Assembly (NCBI GenBank): GCA_002796835.1 | Contig: LUGL01000023.1 | Coordinates: 24,385 to 73,268, forward strand | Reading direction: 5' to 3' | DNA length: 48,884 nucleotides | From: Elainella saxicola E1 | GTDB taxonomy: Bacteria; Cyanobacteriota; Cyanobacteriia; Elainellales; Elainellaceae | Shown: positions 7,614 to 16,846 of the stretch, in pieces | Layout of the letters: each line of letters opens with the position of its first letter | Numbering within the stretch: position 1 is the stretch's first letter | The notes under the pieces: generated by a model | The model's input: only the letters and a program-made list of their open reading frames with translations | What the model was told of the DNA's origin: nothing | The model's database searches: none | Position numbers and translations under genes: made by a program

Positions 7614-10600
7614 ATGTTGAATCGCACAATTGCTCCCACCTCATCCGAGCTAAAGTCCGCGATTGTTCGGACTCCTTTAGTTGTTGCGCCAAATACAACA
7701 GTGATTGACGCAGTTGTTCAGATGAGTCATGTGAAAGCTACGTGTAAGACTACTCGAACACGAAAGAAGCACCTGAATGAATTCTGTGTGGAAGCACGGT
7801 CGAGCTGCGTTTTTGTAGTCGAAAACGATCAGCTACTCGGTATTTTAACCGAACAAGATATTGTGAATCTGAGCGCTCAGCGGCTTTCTTTACAAGATTT
7901 AGCGATTCAAGAAGTAATGAGCTCTCCCATTATTACTTTGTATGAGGCCGCTTTCACCAATTTGTTTGTTGTAATTAACCTGTTTCAACAGTATGGAATT
8001 CGCCACTTACCCATTCTGGATGAACATGATCGGCTGGTGGGGTTTGTCACGCCTGAGAGCTTACAGCAAATTTCCCATTTGATTGATACTAGGGCGGAAC
8101 GGGAAAAATTAGTCGCTCAAATTGCCAATAGCATTCGGTCTTCGCTGGATGTCCAGCAGATTTTGGCAACTTGCGTTTCTGAAGTTCGGGCATTTTTGGG
8201 CTGCGATCGGGTTCTGGTATACCAATTTCAACCGGATTGGAGTGGCATTATCATTGCTGAATCGGTAGATGGTCACTGGCTTTCGGCCTTAGGCAACCAA
8301 ATCAATGATTCTTGTTTTCAGCGGCAGAGCACTACGCTCTATAGCAGTGAACAACCCATTGTGGTGAATAATATTTATGCCACAGGCTACGCTGACTGCC
8401 ACATCAAACTCCTGGAACAGTACCAGGTAAAAGCTAACCTGGTGGTGCCAATTCGAGTGGCAGGGCAACTCTGGGGGCTGCTGATTGGTCATCAATGTGC
8501 TGAGCAACGCGAGTGGCAAACCGATGACACAACGCTTCTACAAACGATCTCAGTTCAATTGGCGATCGCCCTTCAGCAAGCCACAACTTACGAGCAGTTG
8601 CAGGCAGAACTGCATGAACACCAGCAAACAGAAGCCCGTCTGCGAGCCAGCGAACAACGCTATGCCACTCTGGCTGCTGCCGTTCCAGTCGGAATTTTTT
8701 GCGTCAATGCCTCTGGTGACTGTACTTATGTCAATCAGCACTGGTGTCAGCTCACAGGGCTTTCTCCAGAAGCCGCCATGGGGAAAGGATGGCAACAAAG
8801 CTTTTATTCTAAGGATCGCAACCGTATTCTTGCGGAATGGGCACAATCAGTGCAAGAACTCCGTCCTGCCTGCCTGGAATTTCGGATTCAATGTCCTGAT
8901 GGCCAAATGAAGTGGGTGTATGGCCAAGCTGTTGTGGAATGGGATGCAAGTGGATCGATCATTGGCCACGTCGCAACCCTGACGGATATTAGCGATCGCA
9001 AACAGGCTGAACTGGCGCTAGCAATCCTCAATGCTGAATTAGAACAGCGGGTGGAACAGCGTACGGCTGAGTTGCAAGAACGAGAAGCCCAGCTTCAGGA
9101 TTTTTTCGAGAATGCCAACGATTTGATCCAAAGTGTGGATCTGGAGACTGGACGGTTTGAGTATGTCAATCGGGCATGGCGAATTGCGCTCGGCTATTCA
9201 ATAGAAGATCTACAAACGCTCACTATCTTTGATATCTTGCACCCAGACTGCTATGACCAGTGTTGTGAGGCGATGACCATCCTCCGGGCGGGAAACGTTT
9301 GTACGCGAGAACCATTAGAGCTAGTTTTCCTGACAAAGACGCAACAGGCTGTTGTTGTAGAAGGCAGCATCAACTGTCGCATGGAAAACGATCGCCCAGT
9401 CGCAACGCGCGCCATTTTTCGAGATGTGACAGAGCGTAAAGCTGCTGAAAAGCGGTTACAAGAAAGAGAAGCTCGCTATCGTGCTCTCATGGATGGAGCC
9501 AGCGATGCCATCTTGTTGACCGATCCACAAGGTAATGTGTTGGAGGCTAATCATCAGGCTGAAAAGTTGTTGGGCTACAGTCGTGCCGAACTCACTTCAA
9601 TGCATTTCACCCAGCTTCATCAGCCAGAACAGTTATCGGGTATTGTTACGTCATTTGAAGGCTTGGCGAATCAGCGCTTTACCCAGGTCTTGGATGTCAA
9701 TTTTCGCTGTAAAGATGGGCACTTGATCCCAGTTGATATTTCCGCCTCGGTGATTGAAATTCAGGGTGAAAGAATTGTCCAGGGATTTTTCCGTGACATT
9801 TCAGAGCGTAAACAAGCTGAACTCGAACGTCAGCAGTTGGTTCAAGAACTCGCAATGTTTAAGATGGGCCTTGATCAGGCGGCGATCGTGGCCATGACGG
9901 ATGCTAAAGGGGTGATCACCTATGCCAACGACCTCTTCTGCAAAGTTTCTGGCTACAGTCACGATGAGCTGATTGGTCAAACCCATCGCTTGGTGAACTC
10001 CGGTTACCACCCGCCTACTTATTTTCGGCAGATGTGGCGTACAATCGCACGTGGTCAGGTTTGGCGAGGCGAAATCTGCAATCGCACCAAGGACGGCAGC
10101 ATCTATTGGGTAGATACTACATTAGTTCCCTTCCTAGACAAACAAGGGAAAGCGTTTCAATATCTCGCGATTCGGATTGATATCACTGCTCGCAAGCTGG
10201 CGGAAGCAGCGCTGCAAAAAAGTGAAACTCGATTTCGTCGAGTCTTTGACTCCGATATTGTAGGGATGATGTTCACCGACTTTAGCGGAAAAATTACTGA
10301 GGCGAACGATCGCTTTCTCCAAATCATTGGCTATAGCAGAGCCGATCTGACTGCCAACCGGATTAACTGGGCAACGATCACCCCACCTGAATATCATTTA
10401 CAAGATCTGCATGCCATCGAACATTTGCAGTCTCACCATGCCATCGATCCCTGGGAAAAAGCCTATTACCACAAGGATGGACACCCAGTTCCCGTTCTAG
10501 TAGGAGTGGCAATGCTCTCTCAGGATGATGATACCTGTGTTTCCGTTGTTGTGGATATTAGCGATCGTAAACAATCGGAAGATGCCCTGCGAGAATCCCA

Positions 10601-13163
10601 GCAGTTCTTACAAACCGTTCTGGATGCTTTCCCTCTATCGGTTTTTTGGAAAGATCGCGACTCCATCTACTTGGGATGTAACCAGAAATTTACTGACACC
10701 ACTGGATTGCAATCACCACGACATATTGTTGGCAAAACAGATTTTGACTTTTGTTACACAGAAGCCGAAGCCCTGAGCTATCGGGCAGACGATCGGCAAG
10801 TCATGGAATCTGGCATCCCTCTGCTTGGCATTGAGGAAACAATTACTTTGCCAACGGGCGAACAGCGATGGTTAGAAACGAACAAAATTCCACTGAGAGA
10901 TTTGGACGGCAATGTAGTGGCAATGGTAGGGACTTTTCAGGATATTACCGATCGCAAATATGCTGAAGATCAGCTCCGTAACCTTTCAGCTCGTCTGACT
11001 CTGGCGCTTCAAGCTGGAGCGATCGGCACTTGGGATTGGAACCTGACTGATGCAGTCAATTGGGATGAGCGAGTTTATGAAATCTATGGGTTGCAAGATC
11101 TCGACTACCCTATCACTTACCAAGATTGGGGCAAACAAGTCCATCCTGATGATTTGAAGGAAATAGAATACTTATTCCAGGATGTAATTCAGGGAAAACA
11201 AGAGCTTGACGTGGAGTTTCGCATTCACCGAACGGATGGTGCATTGCGCTGGGTTCGTTCCAAAGCTCTAGCGCAACGTGATGATCAAGGAAACCTGGTT
11301 CGCATGACTGGCATTAACCAGGACATCACCGATCAAAAACAAACTGAAGCCACAATTCGTCAACAATTTGATCGAGAACAACTGCTGAGAGAAACAACCC
11401 AACGGATTCGTCAATCTCTCGATCTGCAAACTATCTTTGACACCGCCTGCCAGGAAATTCGCTCCATTATCCAGGCCGATCGGGTTGGTATTTTTAAGTT
11501 CTACCCTAAATCCAACTTTGATGATGGAGAATTTGTTGCTGAATCTGTGCTGCCTGGATTTTCTTCAGTAGTCGCCATTCCAGTCCATGATCGCTGCTTT
11601 GGTACGAATTATTCAAATCTCTATGCCAAAGGTCGATATCATGTCGTGGATGACATTTACAAGGGAGGCTTATCAGCTTGCCACTCGAACATTCTGACTC
11701 AGTTTCAAGTGCGGGCAAATTTGGTCACTCCTTTGCTCTGTGGCAATGTCTTATGGGGATTGTTGTGTGTTCATCAGTGCAGTAGTGCTCGTCACTGGCA
11801 GCAATCTGAAATTGAGTTTACCCATCAAATTGCCAACCAATTGGCGATCGCGATTCAGCAAGCCAACCTATTTGAGCATCTCCAGCGAGAACTGATAGAA
11901 CGACAGCAGGCAGAGACCAAACTCACCGAAAGCAATCAGCAACTTGCCATTTCCAACCAGGAACTTGCTCGTGCGACCCGACTTAAAGATGAGTTCCTTG
12001 CAACTATGAGCCATGAATTGCGCACCCCCCTCAATGCGATTTTGGGCATGACTGAAGGACTGCAAGAAGCAGTTTTTGGCATCATCAACCCACAACAACT
12101 GAAAGCATTGCAAACCATTGAGCGTAGCGGCTTGCATTTACTGGAATTAATCAATGACATTCTGGATGTTGCCAAAATTGAAGCTGGTCAAATCGAGCTA
12201 GATCTCGCCTTCTCGACCATTTCTTCACTCTGCCAGTCCAGTCTGGCTTTTATCAAACAGCAAGCTCTGAAGAAAAATATTCAGGTGGACACCAAGCTTC
12301 AGCCCAATCTGCCCGACCTGCTGGTAGATGAGCGACGTATCCGCCAGGTTTTGATCAATCTGCTTAATAATGCCGTTAAATTTACGCCAGAGGGAGGTTA
12401 CATCGTTCTAGAAGTGGCGATTTGCGAGCCAGAAGCCGAACGCCAAGCGCATCAAGCAGTTGTGGATGCCCATTCCTGGATACGATTCTCTGTGATCGAT
12501 ACAGGGATTGGTATTGCTCCGGAAAACATCGATAAACTCTTTCAGCCCTTTATCCAAATTGACAGCGCTTTAAATCGCCAATATACAGGCACAGGTTTGG
12601 GACTTGCTTTGGTGAAACGCATTGTTGAACTCCATGGTGGCAAAGTGGGGCTAACCAGTCAGCTAGGTGCAGGCAGTTGCTTTACGATCGATCTACCCTA
12701 TACTCCGAGTGCCCCCTCTTTATCAGCAAGTCCTAAGGTGAATCAGTCCCAAACAACTTCAACCTTAGAGTTTCTGCCTACCCATGAACCTGCCAGCCAA
12801 GCGCCTCTGATTCTGCTTGCAGAAGACAATGAAGCCAACATTAGTACGGTTTCTAATTACCTTGAAGCAAAAGGATACCGGATTCTTTTGGCTAAAAATG
12901 GTCAAGAGGCGATCGATCTTGCCAAAACACAGCACCCTAACTTCATTCTGATGGATGTTCAAATGCCGGAAGTAGATGGGTTAACGGCTATTAAACAAAT
13001 TCGTCTCTATCCCGATCTGGTCAATGTTCCTATCGTTGCTTTAACTGCGTTAGCGATGAAAGGCGATCGAGAGCGTTGCCTTGCAGCTGGAGCTAATGAT
13101 TATCTCTCCAAACCAGTCAGACTCAAGCAGTTGGCCGCGATCATTCAATCTTTGTTGGCTTGA
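7614..13163 (+). CDS. multidomain hybrid sensor histidine kinase: 2xCBS - GAF - ~7 PAS/PAC - GAF - HisKA - HATPase_c - REC
   Basis: 1849-aa ORF. N-terminal CBS pair; two GAF-like blocks; repeated PAS blocks, each ending ...DI(S/T)(D/E)RK(Q/A)AE; H-box MSHELRTPLNAI; N/G boxes LLNNAVKFTPEGG and DTGIGI...GTGLGLALV; C-terminal receiver LLAEDNEAN...LMDVQMPEVDG...SKP. Confidence 0.9.
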   Translation: MLNRTIAPTSSELKSAIVRTPLVVAPNTTVIDAVVQMSHVKATCKTTRTRKKHLNEFCVEARSSCVFVVENDQLLGILTEQDIVNLSAQRLSLQDLAIQEVMSSPIITLYEAAFTNLFVVINLFQQYGIRHLPILDEHDRLVGFVTPESLQQISHLIDTRAEREKLVAQIANSIRSSLDVQQILATCVSEVRAFLGCDRVLVYQFQPDWSGIIIAESVDGHWLSALGNQINDSCFQRQSTTLYSSEQPIVVNNIYATGYADCHIKLLEQYQVKANLVVPIRVAGQLWGLLIGHQCAEQREWQTDDTTLLQTISVQLAIALQQATTYEQLQAELHEHQQTEARLRASEQRYATLAAAVPVGIFCVNASGDCTYVNQHWCQLTGLSPEAAMGKGWQQSFYSKDRNRILAEWAQSVQELRPACLEFRIQCPDGQMKWVYGQAVVEWDASGSIIGHVATLTDISDRKQAELALAILNAELEQRVEQRTAELQEREAQLQDFFENANDLIQSVDLETGRFEYVNRAWRIALGYSIEDLQTLTIFDILHPDCYDQCCEAMTILRAGNVCTREPLELVFLTKTQQAVVVEGSINCRMENDRPVATRAIFRDVTERKAAEKRLQEREARYRALMDGASDAILLTDPQGNVLEANHQAEKLLGYSRAELTSMHFTQLHQPEQLSGIVTSFEGLANQRFTQVLDVNFRCKDGHLIPVDISASVIEIQGERIVQGFFRDISERKQAELERQQLVQELAMFKMGLDQAAIVAMTDAKGVITYANDLFCKVSGYSHDELIGQTHRLVNSGYHPPTYFRQMWRTIARGQVWRGEICNRTKDGSIYWVDTTLVPFLDKQGKAFQYLAIRIDITARKLAEAALQKSETRFRRVFDSDIVGMMFTDFSGKITEANDRFLQIIGYSRADLTANRINWATITPPEYHLQDLHAIEHLQSHHAIDPWEKAYYHKDGHPVPVLVGVAMLSQDDDTCVSVVVDISDRKQSEDALRESQQFLQTVLDAFPLSVFWKDRDSIYLGCNQKFTDTTGLQSPRHIVGKTDFDFCYTEAEALSYRADDRQVMESGIPLLGIEETITLPTGEQRWLETNKIPLRDLDGNVVAMVGTFQDITDRKYAEDQLRNLSARLTLALQAGAIGTWDWNLTDAVNWDERVYEIYGLQDLDYPITYQDWGKQVHPDDLKEIEYLFQDVIQGKQELDVEFRIHRTDGALRWVRSKALAQRDDQGNLVRMTGINQDITDQKQTEATIRQQFDREQLLRETTQRIRQSLDLQTIFDTACQEIRSIIQADRVGIFKFYPKSNFDDGEFVAESVLPGFSSVVAIPVHDRCFGTNYSNLYAKGRYHVVDDIYKGGLSACHSNILTQFQVRANLVTPLLCGNVLWGLLCVHQCSSARHWQQSEIEFTHQIANQLAIAIQQANLFEHLQRELIERQQAETKLTESNQQLAISNQELARATRLKDEFLATMSHELRTPLNAILGMTEGLQEAVFGIINPQQLKALQTIERSGLHLLELINDILDVAKIEAGQIELDLAFSTISSLCQSSLAFIKQQALKKNIQVDTKLQPNLPDLLVDERRIRQVLINLLNNAVKFTPEGGYIVLEVAICEPEAERQAHQAVVDAHSWIRFSVIDTGIGIAPENIDKLFQPFIQIDSALNRQYTGTGLGLALVKRIVELHGGKVGLTSQLGAGSCFTIDLPYTPSAPSLSASPKVNQSQTTSTLEFLPTHEPASQAPLILLAEDNEANISTVSNYLEAKGYRILLAKNGQEAIDLAKTQHPNFILMDVQMPEVDGLTAIKQIRLYPDLVNVPIVALTALAMKGDRERCLAAGANDYLSKPVRLKQLAAIIQSLLA

Positions 13164-13193
13164 GCATTGTTGGCTTAAGCATTGTTAGCTTAA
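13149..13193. repeat. three tandem copies of a 15-bp unit (GCATTGTTGGCTTAA) overlapping the stop codon of the hybrid kinase gene
   Basis: tttgttggcttga / gcattgttggcttaa / gcattgttagcttaa are directly visible; the coding end LLA* is itself built from the repeat. Confidence 0.7.
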
Positions 13194-13539
13194 AAATTGA
13201 AATTAAAAACAGATAAACTTTGGATAATCTGCTTGAGCAAATGGTGAATATAAACAGACCTTACTGGTCAGGACTTGGCAAGTCACATTGGTTGCCAGGT
13301 GATCACCTTTTTTAAGGAATCAAAGAAGTAGTCTACTGTCAATCATTTCCTCAAAGCTTTTGCCTCTATAGAGCTAATTTGACATCTCTACAGGATTGAA
13401 TTCAGGCACTGACAACCCCCTTAATCCAACTTCTATGTCGTATTTATTAAATGTCGAGCACAATTGGATCTTCCCAGATTTTGGTGATCCTACGGCATGA
13501 GCCCCAGCCTTTTAGTCTAAACTCCAGTTAGATAAGGCG

Positions 13540-14520
13540 CTAGGCATAGAGCGATGCAACGAACTCGCCATAGCCGTTGTATCTTAAAGTGGGAACTTCT
13601 TTCCACTCAAACTCTGGCTCTGGACCGATCAACCGTTCTTTTGCCTGAGACCAGCGAGGATGAGACACTTTTGGATCCACATTCGATTCAAACTTATACT
13701 CGCCCGGACTGATGGTGTTCCAGAAAGTAGCGGGCTGGGTTGCGACAAATTCAATTTTGACGATCGATTTTGCCCCCTTAAACCCATATTTCCACGGAAG
13801 CACAGCGCGAATTGGAGCCCCATGCTGTTTGGGTAACGTACGGCCATAAATGCCAAGCGCAAAAAACGCCAGTTCGTTCGCCATCTCCTCAATCCGCAAA
13901 CCTTCCGTGTAGGGAAATGGCAAAAACTGACTGGGGGGAAACGTTGGTCCCTTAGTGATTTTGGGATCATAGAAGGATGTGAACCGTACAAATTTTGCTT
14001 CAGCAGTGGGTTCTACGGCTTTAATTAGCGCATTCATGGGAAACCCAATCCAGGGCACCACCATAGCCCAAGCTTCCACACAGCGAAACCGATAGATGCG
14101 TTCTTCTAAGGGAAATTGTTGCTGCAAATCATCAACATCAAACGTTTGAGGATTTTTGACCAATCCCCCGACTTCCACTTTCCAGTCTTCTGTTGGCAGC
14201 GCTTGGGCGTTGCGCCAAATTCCTTTGGTGCCGCCAAATTCATAATAGTTGTTATAGGTTGCCGCCAACTGTTCGTTGGTCATGGCTCGATCGACCTGGG
14301 CAAAGCTGGGATTCAGGCTTCCCTGGAGGGATTTTGTGTTGATCAGCGGCGAATCTGTAGAGCTTTGCGTCGTCTGACAGCCCATCAGCGGCAAAGCGGA
14401 ACCGGCAATTCCTGCGCCGACTAAAGTTTGGACAAACCGACGACGGCTTAAAAAAGCGGCCTCTGAGGTCACTTGCCGTTCAGGTAACTGCCATAGCTTA
14501 GGGATCTGAATCAATACCAT
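13540..14520 (-). CDS. msrP: protein-methionine-sulfoxide reductase catalytic subunit MsrP (YedY family, molybdopterin, Tat-exported)
   Basis: 326 aa. Tat motif SRRRFVQTLVGAGIAG. Long collinear similarity to E. coli MsrP/YedY, including ERIYRFRCVEAWAMVVPWIGFP, PWKYGFKGAKSIVKIEF, HPRWSQA and NGYGEFVASLYA. Confidence 0.85.
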   Translation of the reverse strand: MVLIQIPKLWQLPERQVTSEAAFLSRRRFVQTLVGAGIAGSALPLMGCQTTQSSTDSPLINTKSLQGSLNPSFAQVDRAMTNEQLAATYNNYYEFGGTKGIWRNAQALPTEDWKVEVGGLVKNPQTFDVDDLQQQFPLEERIYRFRCVEAWAMVVPWIGFPMNALIKAVEPTAEAKFVRFTSFYDPKITKGPTFPPSQFLPFPYTEGLRIEEMANELAFFALGIYGRTLPKQHGAPIRAVLPWKYGFKGAKSIVKIEFVATQPATFWNTISPGEYKFESNVDPKVSHPRWSQAKERLIGPEPEFEWKEVPTLRYNGYGEFVASLYA

Positions 14521-14646
14521 GGATCTGCGTCGGAGTCTTGAAGGTGAACCTATCTTTAGAAGATGAACCTAGTGTATCAATTCTTAATATAAAAATCACC
14601 ACTGGATAACAATCTACTGGGCCGACAAACCAGGACTTTCGCTTCT

Positions 14647-15807
14647 CTAAATTTGCTTTTCTGTGGCGATGATATGTACATCAATGTTTTTAAGGGACCG
14701 CAGTAGTTGATGAGTCAGCGATCCACGTAGCATTAACTTCCATCGAGAGCGTTGGCTCTCACCAATCACGATTTGAGTGATGTAATCGTTTTTCGCAACT
14801 TCTGCGATCGCTTTTGCTTTGTCATGGTTGGTGATGCGAATAAACGTGCCACCAAATTCCTGGCAGAGCCTTTCGCAAGTTTCAATATGCAGACTTTCTA
14901 TTTTGGTTAGGAAGCGATCAGGGTCATCGACAAATAGACAGTAGAAGGGAGCGTGCATATAACTAGCAATTCGAGCGCCCCGCCGAATGAGTTGGATCGC
15001 ATTGGGATAGGTTGAGACACAAACTAACACACGTTCATGGATACTACAAAACGGCGCATCTGCTTTTGTTCCATTCAATGCTTGCTCAAGAGCATCTTCC
15101 TCAATGTTATCAGCAACTTCTCGTAATGCCAGTTCTCTGAGAGCAATCAGGTGACGCCGCTGGAAAAAGTTCTGTAGGGACTGGTCAACTTTTTCAGAAG
15201 CATAGATTTTACCGTCTCTCAATCGATCCTCTAACGTTTCTGGCGTGACATCAATGACGACCACCTGATCGGCTTCTTCCAATAGGCGATCAGGTATGCG
15301 CTCTCGTACGACAACCCCCGTGATTCGGGCAACGAGGTCATTTAAGCTCTCTAGATGCTGGATATTCACCGTTGAGTATACGTCAATTCCTGCTGCCAGA
15401 ATGGCTTCCACATCCTGATACCGTTTTTGTCGCTGAGCGCCAGGGACATTGGTATGGGCCAGTTCATCAACCAAAACTAGCTGGGGTTGACGAGCAAGGA
15501 TTGCATCCGTATCCATTTCAGATAGAACTACGCCGGAGCAGTTGATTCGCTGCCGAGGTAGTATTTCTAATCCTTCTGCTCGTTGTGCGGTCTCCTGCCG
15601 ATTATGAGTTTCCAGTAACCCAATCACCACATCAATGCCCTCCTGCCGGAGCCGATGCCCCTCTTCCAGCATCTGATAGGTTTTGCCGACACCAGGAGCC
15701 ATGCCAATAAAGATTTTATGCTTGCCCCGATAGGCAGGTCGAATGTAGGTGCTGTCAGGAGAAGGATTTGACGAATGATACATAGCGTTATTCAGGACGA
15801 TCGGCAA
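14647..15807 (-). CDS. kdpD: short cyanobacterial-type KdpD: KdpD N-terminal sensor domain plus Usp domain, with no TM or kinase part
   Basis: 386 aa. Walker-A-like GMAPGVGKTYQML typical of KdpD-N. The length and its position last in the kdp operon match the truncated KdpD of cyanobacteria. Confidence 0.8.
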   Translation of the reverse strand: MPIVLNNAMYHSSNPSPDSTYIRPAYRGKHKIFIGMAPGVGKTYQMLEEGHRLRQEGIDVVIGLLETHNRQETAQRAEGLEILPRQRINCSGVVLSEMDTDAILARQPQLVLVDELAHTNVPGAQRQKRYQDVEAILAAGIDVYSTVNIQHLESLNDLVARITGVVVRERIPDRLLEEADQVVVIDVTPETLEDRLRDGKIYASEKVDQSLQNFFQRRHLIALRELALREVADNIEEDALEQALNGTKADAPFCSIHERVLVCVSTYPNAIQLIRRGARIASYMHAPFYCLFVDDPDRFLTKIESLHIETCERLCQEFGGTFIRITNHDKAKAIAEVAKNDYITQIVIGESQRSRWKLMLRGSLTHQLLRSLKNIDVHIIATEKQI

Positions 15808-15812
15808 TCTTG

Positions 15813-15940
15813 AGGAATGGGAATTAAATAAGTTCGATATTTGGCAGGGGCGGGTTTTGCTGTCAAATCCATTGCAGGATGCAGATTGGTCTACTAAACC
15901 CGCCCGTACAATTTGCGGATTATTAAATCCACGATCCTTA
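15813..15940. repeat. copy 1 of a ~125-bp quasi-palindromic element (arm A - GGGCGGGTTT - 38-nt loop - AAACCCGCCC - arm B) filling the kdpD-kdpC intergenic space
   Basis: The core cgggttttgctgtcaaatccattgcaggatgcagattggtctactaaacccgccc matches 20800-20856 with 52/55 identities. The flanks match the reverse complements of the opposite flanks of copy 2. The 3' end overlaps the kdpC stop codon. Confidence 0.8.
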
Positions 15941-16540
15941 TCTGTTGAGTGTGTCCAGAGCCAGATTGAGCTTCAATACATTGACGCCTGGTTCACCGAA
16001 AATGCCTAAGAAGCGCCCCTCTGTATTCTGAGCGATCAAATCTTCGAGTTGATTGGGCCGAAGTCCTCTTGTTCTGGCGACTCGCGCAATCTGTGCTCTG
16101 GCAGCTTCAGGGGTGATATGAGGGTCAAGGCTGGAACCAGAAGTGTAAACCAAATCGGCGGTCGGTTGAACACCAGCCTGTTCTAACTGGGTGATGGTTG
16201 CTTGAACTCGCTTGAGCAAATCAGGATTGGATGGAGCCAGGTTACTTGCCCCTGACACACCCGTTTTGAGAAGGCCAGCTCCATCTTGAGTCGGATCAGC
16301 CGTACTGTAGTTGGTGGTGCTAGGACGACTGTTAAAGTAGCGATCGCTCGTAAAAGGCTGCCCAATCAAGGCTGATCCAACAGGTTGACCTTGAGCATTT
16401 GTCAAAATACTGCCGTTTGCCTGAAAAGGGAAGGCAATTTGTCCAAAGGCAATCATGATTAACGGGTAAATCAGGGCAGTCATAACCCAGAGCACCAAGG
16501 TCGATCGAATGGCTCTACTAGCCTCATTTGTAAAACTCAT
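15938..16540 (-). CDS. kdpC: potassium-transporting ATPase subunit C
   Basis: 200 aa. N-terminal TM helix and KdpC-like sequence (LIGQPF, TSGSSLDPHITP); sits within the kdp operon. Confidence 0.9.
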   Translation of the reverse strand: MSFTNEASRAIRSTLVLWVMTALIYPLIMIAFGQIAFPFQANGSILTNAQGQPVGSALIGQPFTSDRYFNSRPSTTNYSTADPTQDGAGLLKTGVSGASNLAPSNPDLLKRVQATITQLEQAGVQPTADLVYTSGSSLDPHITPEAARAQIARVARTRGLRPNQLEDLIAQNTEGRFLGIFGEPGVNVLKLNLALDTLNR

Positions 16541-16821
16541 TAGAACTTCTCCGGGATGAACATCACAAAGAACAAATAGATAGAAATGGCTAGGGTTGCC
16601 AATCCCAACAGCCCTAGTGCCCAGGCTTGAATATGGGAGAATTCATTACCGCTAGCAGCGTAAACAACGGGTGCCACAATCAGGTTGAAACACAATGCCA
16701 GAAACAAATATAGCGGCAGCTTTTGTCTGCTCCATGCTGTCCAGAGTTCTGCAATGGTCTCAAGGACCGGCGTAGCGGATTGCAGCAATAAGCGCGATCG
16801 GTTTAGCAAGTTGAATTTCAT
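16540..16821 (-). CDS. small membrane protein between kdpB and kdpC (cyanobacterial kdpG-like position)
   Basis: 93-aa ORF with two predicted TM helices. It overlaps the kdpC start as ATGA. The kdpG name comes from gene order in Anabaena/Synechocystis kdp operons, not from recognisable sequence. Confidence 0.5.
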   Translation of the reverse strand: MKFNLLNRSRLLLQSATPVLETIAELWTAWSRQKLPLYLFLALCFNLIVAPVVYAASGNEFSHIQAWALGLLGLATLAISIYLFFVMFIPEKF

Positions 16822-16846
16822 GACTAGAAAGGGTTTTATTCAAGGG

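Noticed and set aside
836-12962. Numerous 60-140-aa ORFs inside or antisense to large genes (e.g. 836-1021, 1052-1285, 2901-3281, 8289-8519, 8485-8910, 11868-12175)
   Set aside because: They are embedded in confidently assigned long genes with domain continuity, have no RBS or homology signal, and are typical high-GC antisense frames.
15813-15940. c-di-AMP (ydaO-type) or other riboswitch controlling kdp
   Set aside because: The element is too short (~125 nt), lacks the conserved ydaO motifs I can recall, and the same element recurs at the 3' side of kdpC. A repeat/hairpin family explains it better.
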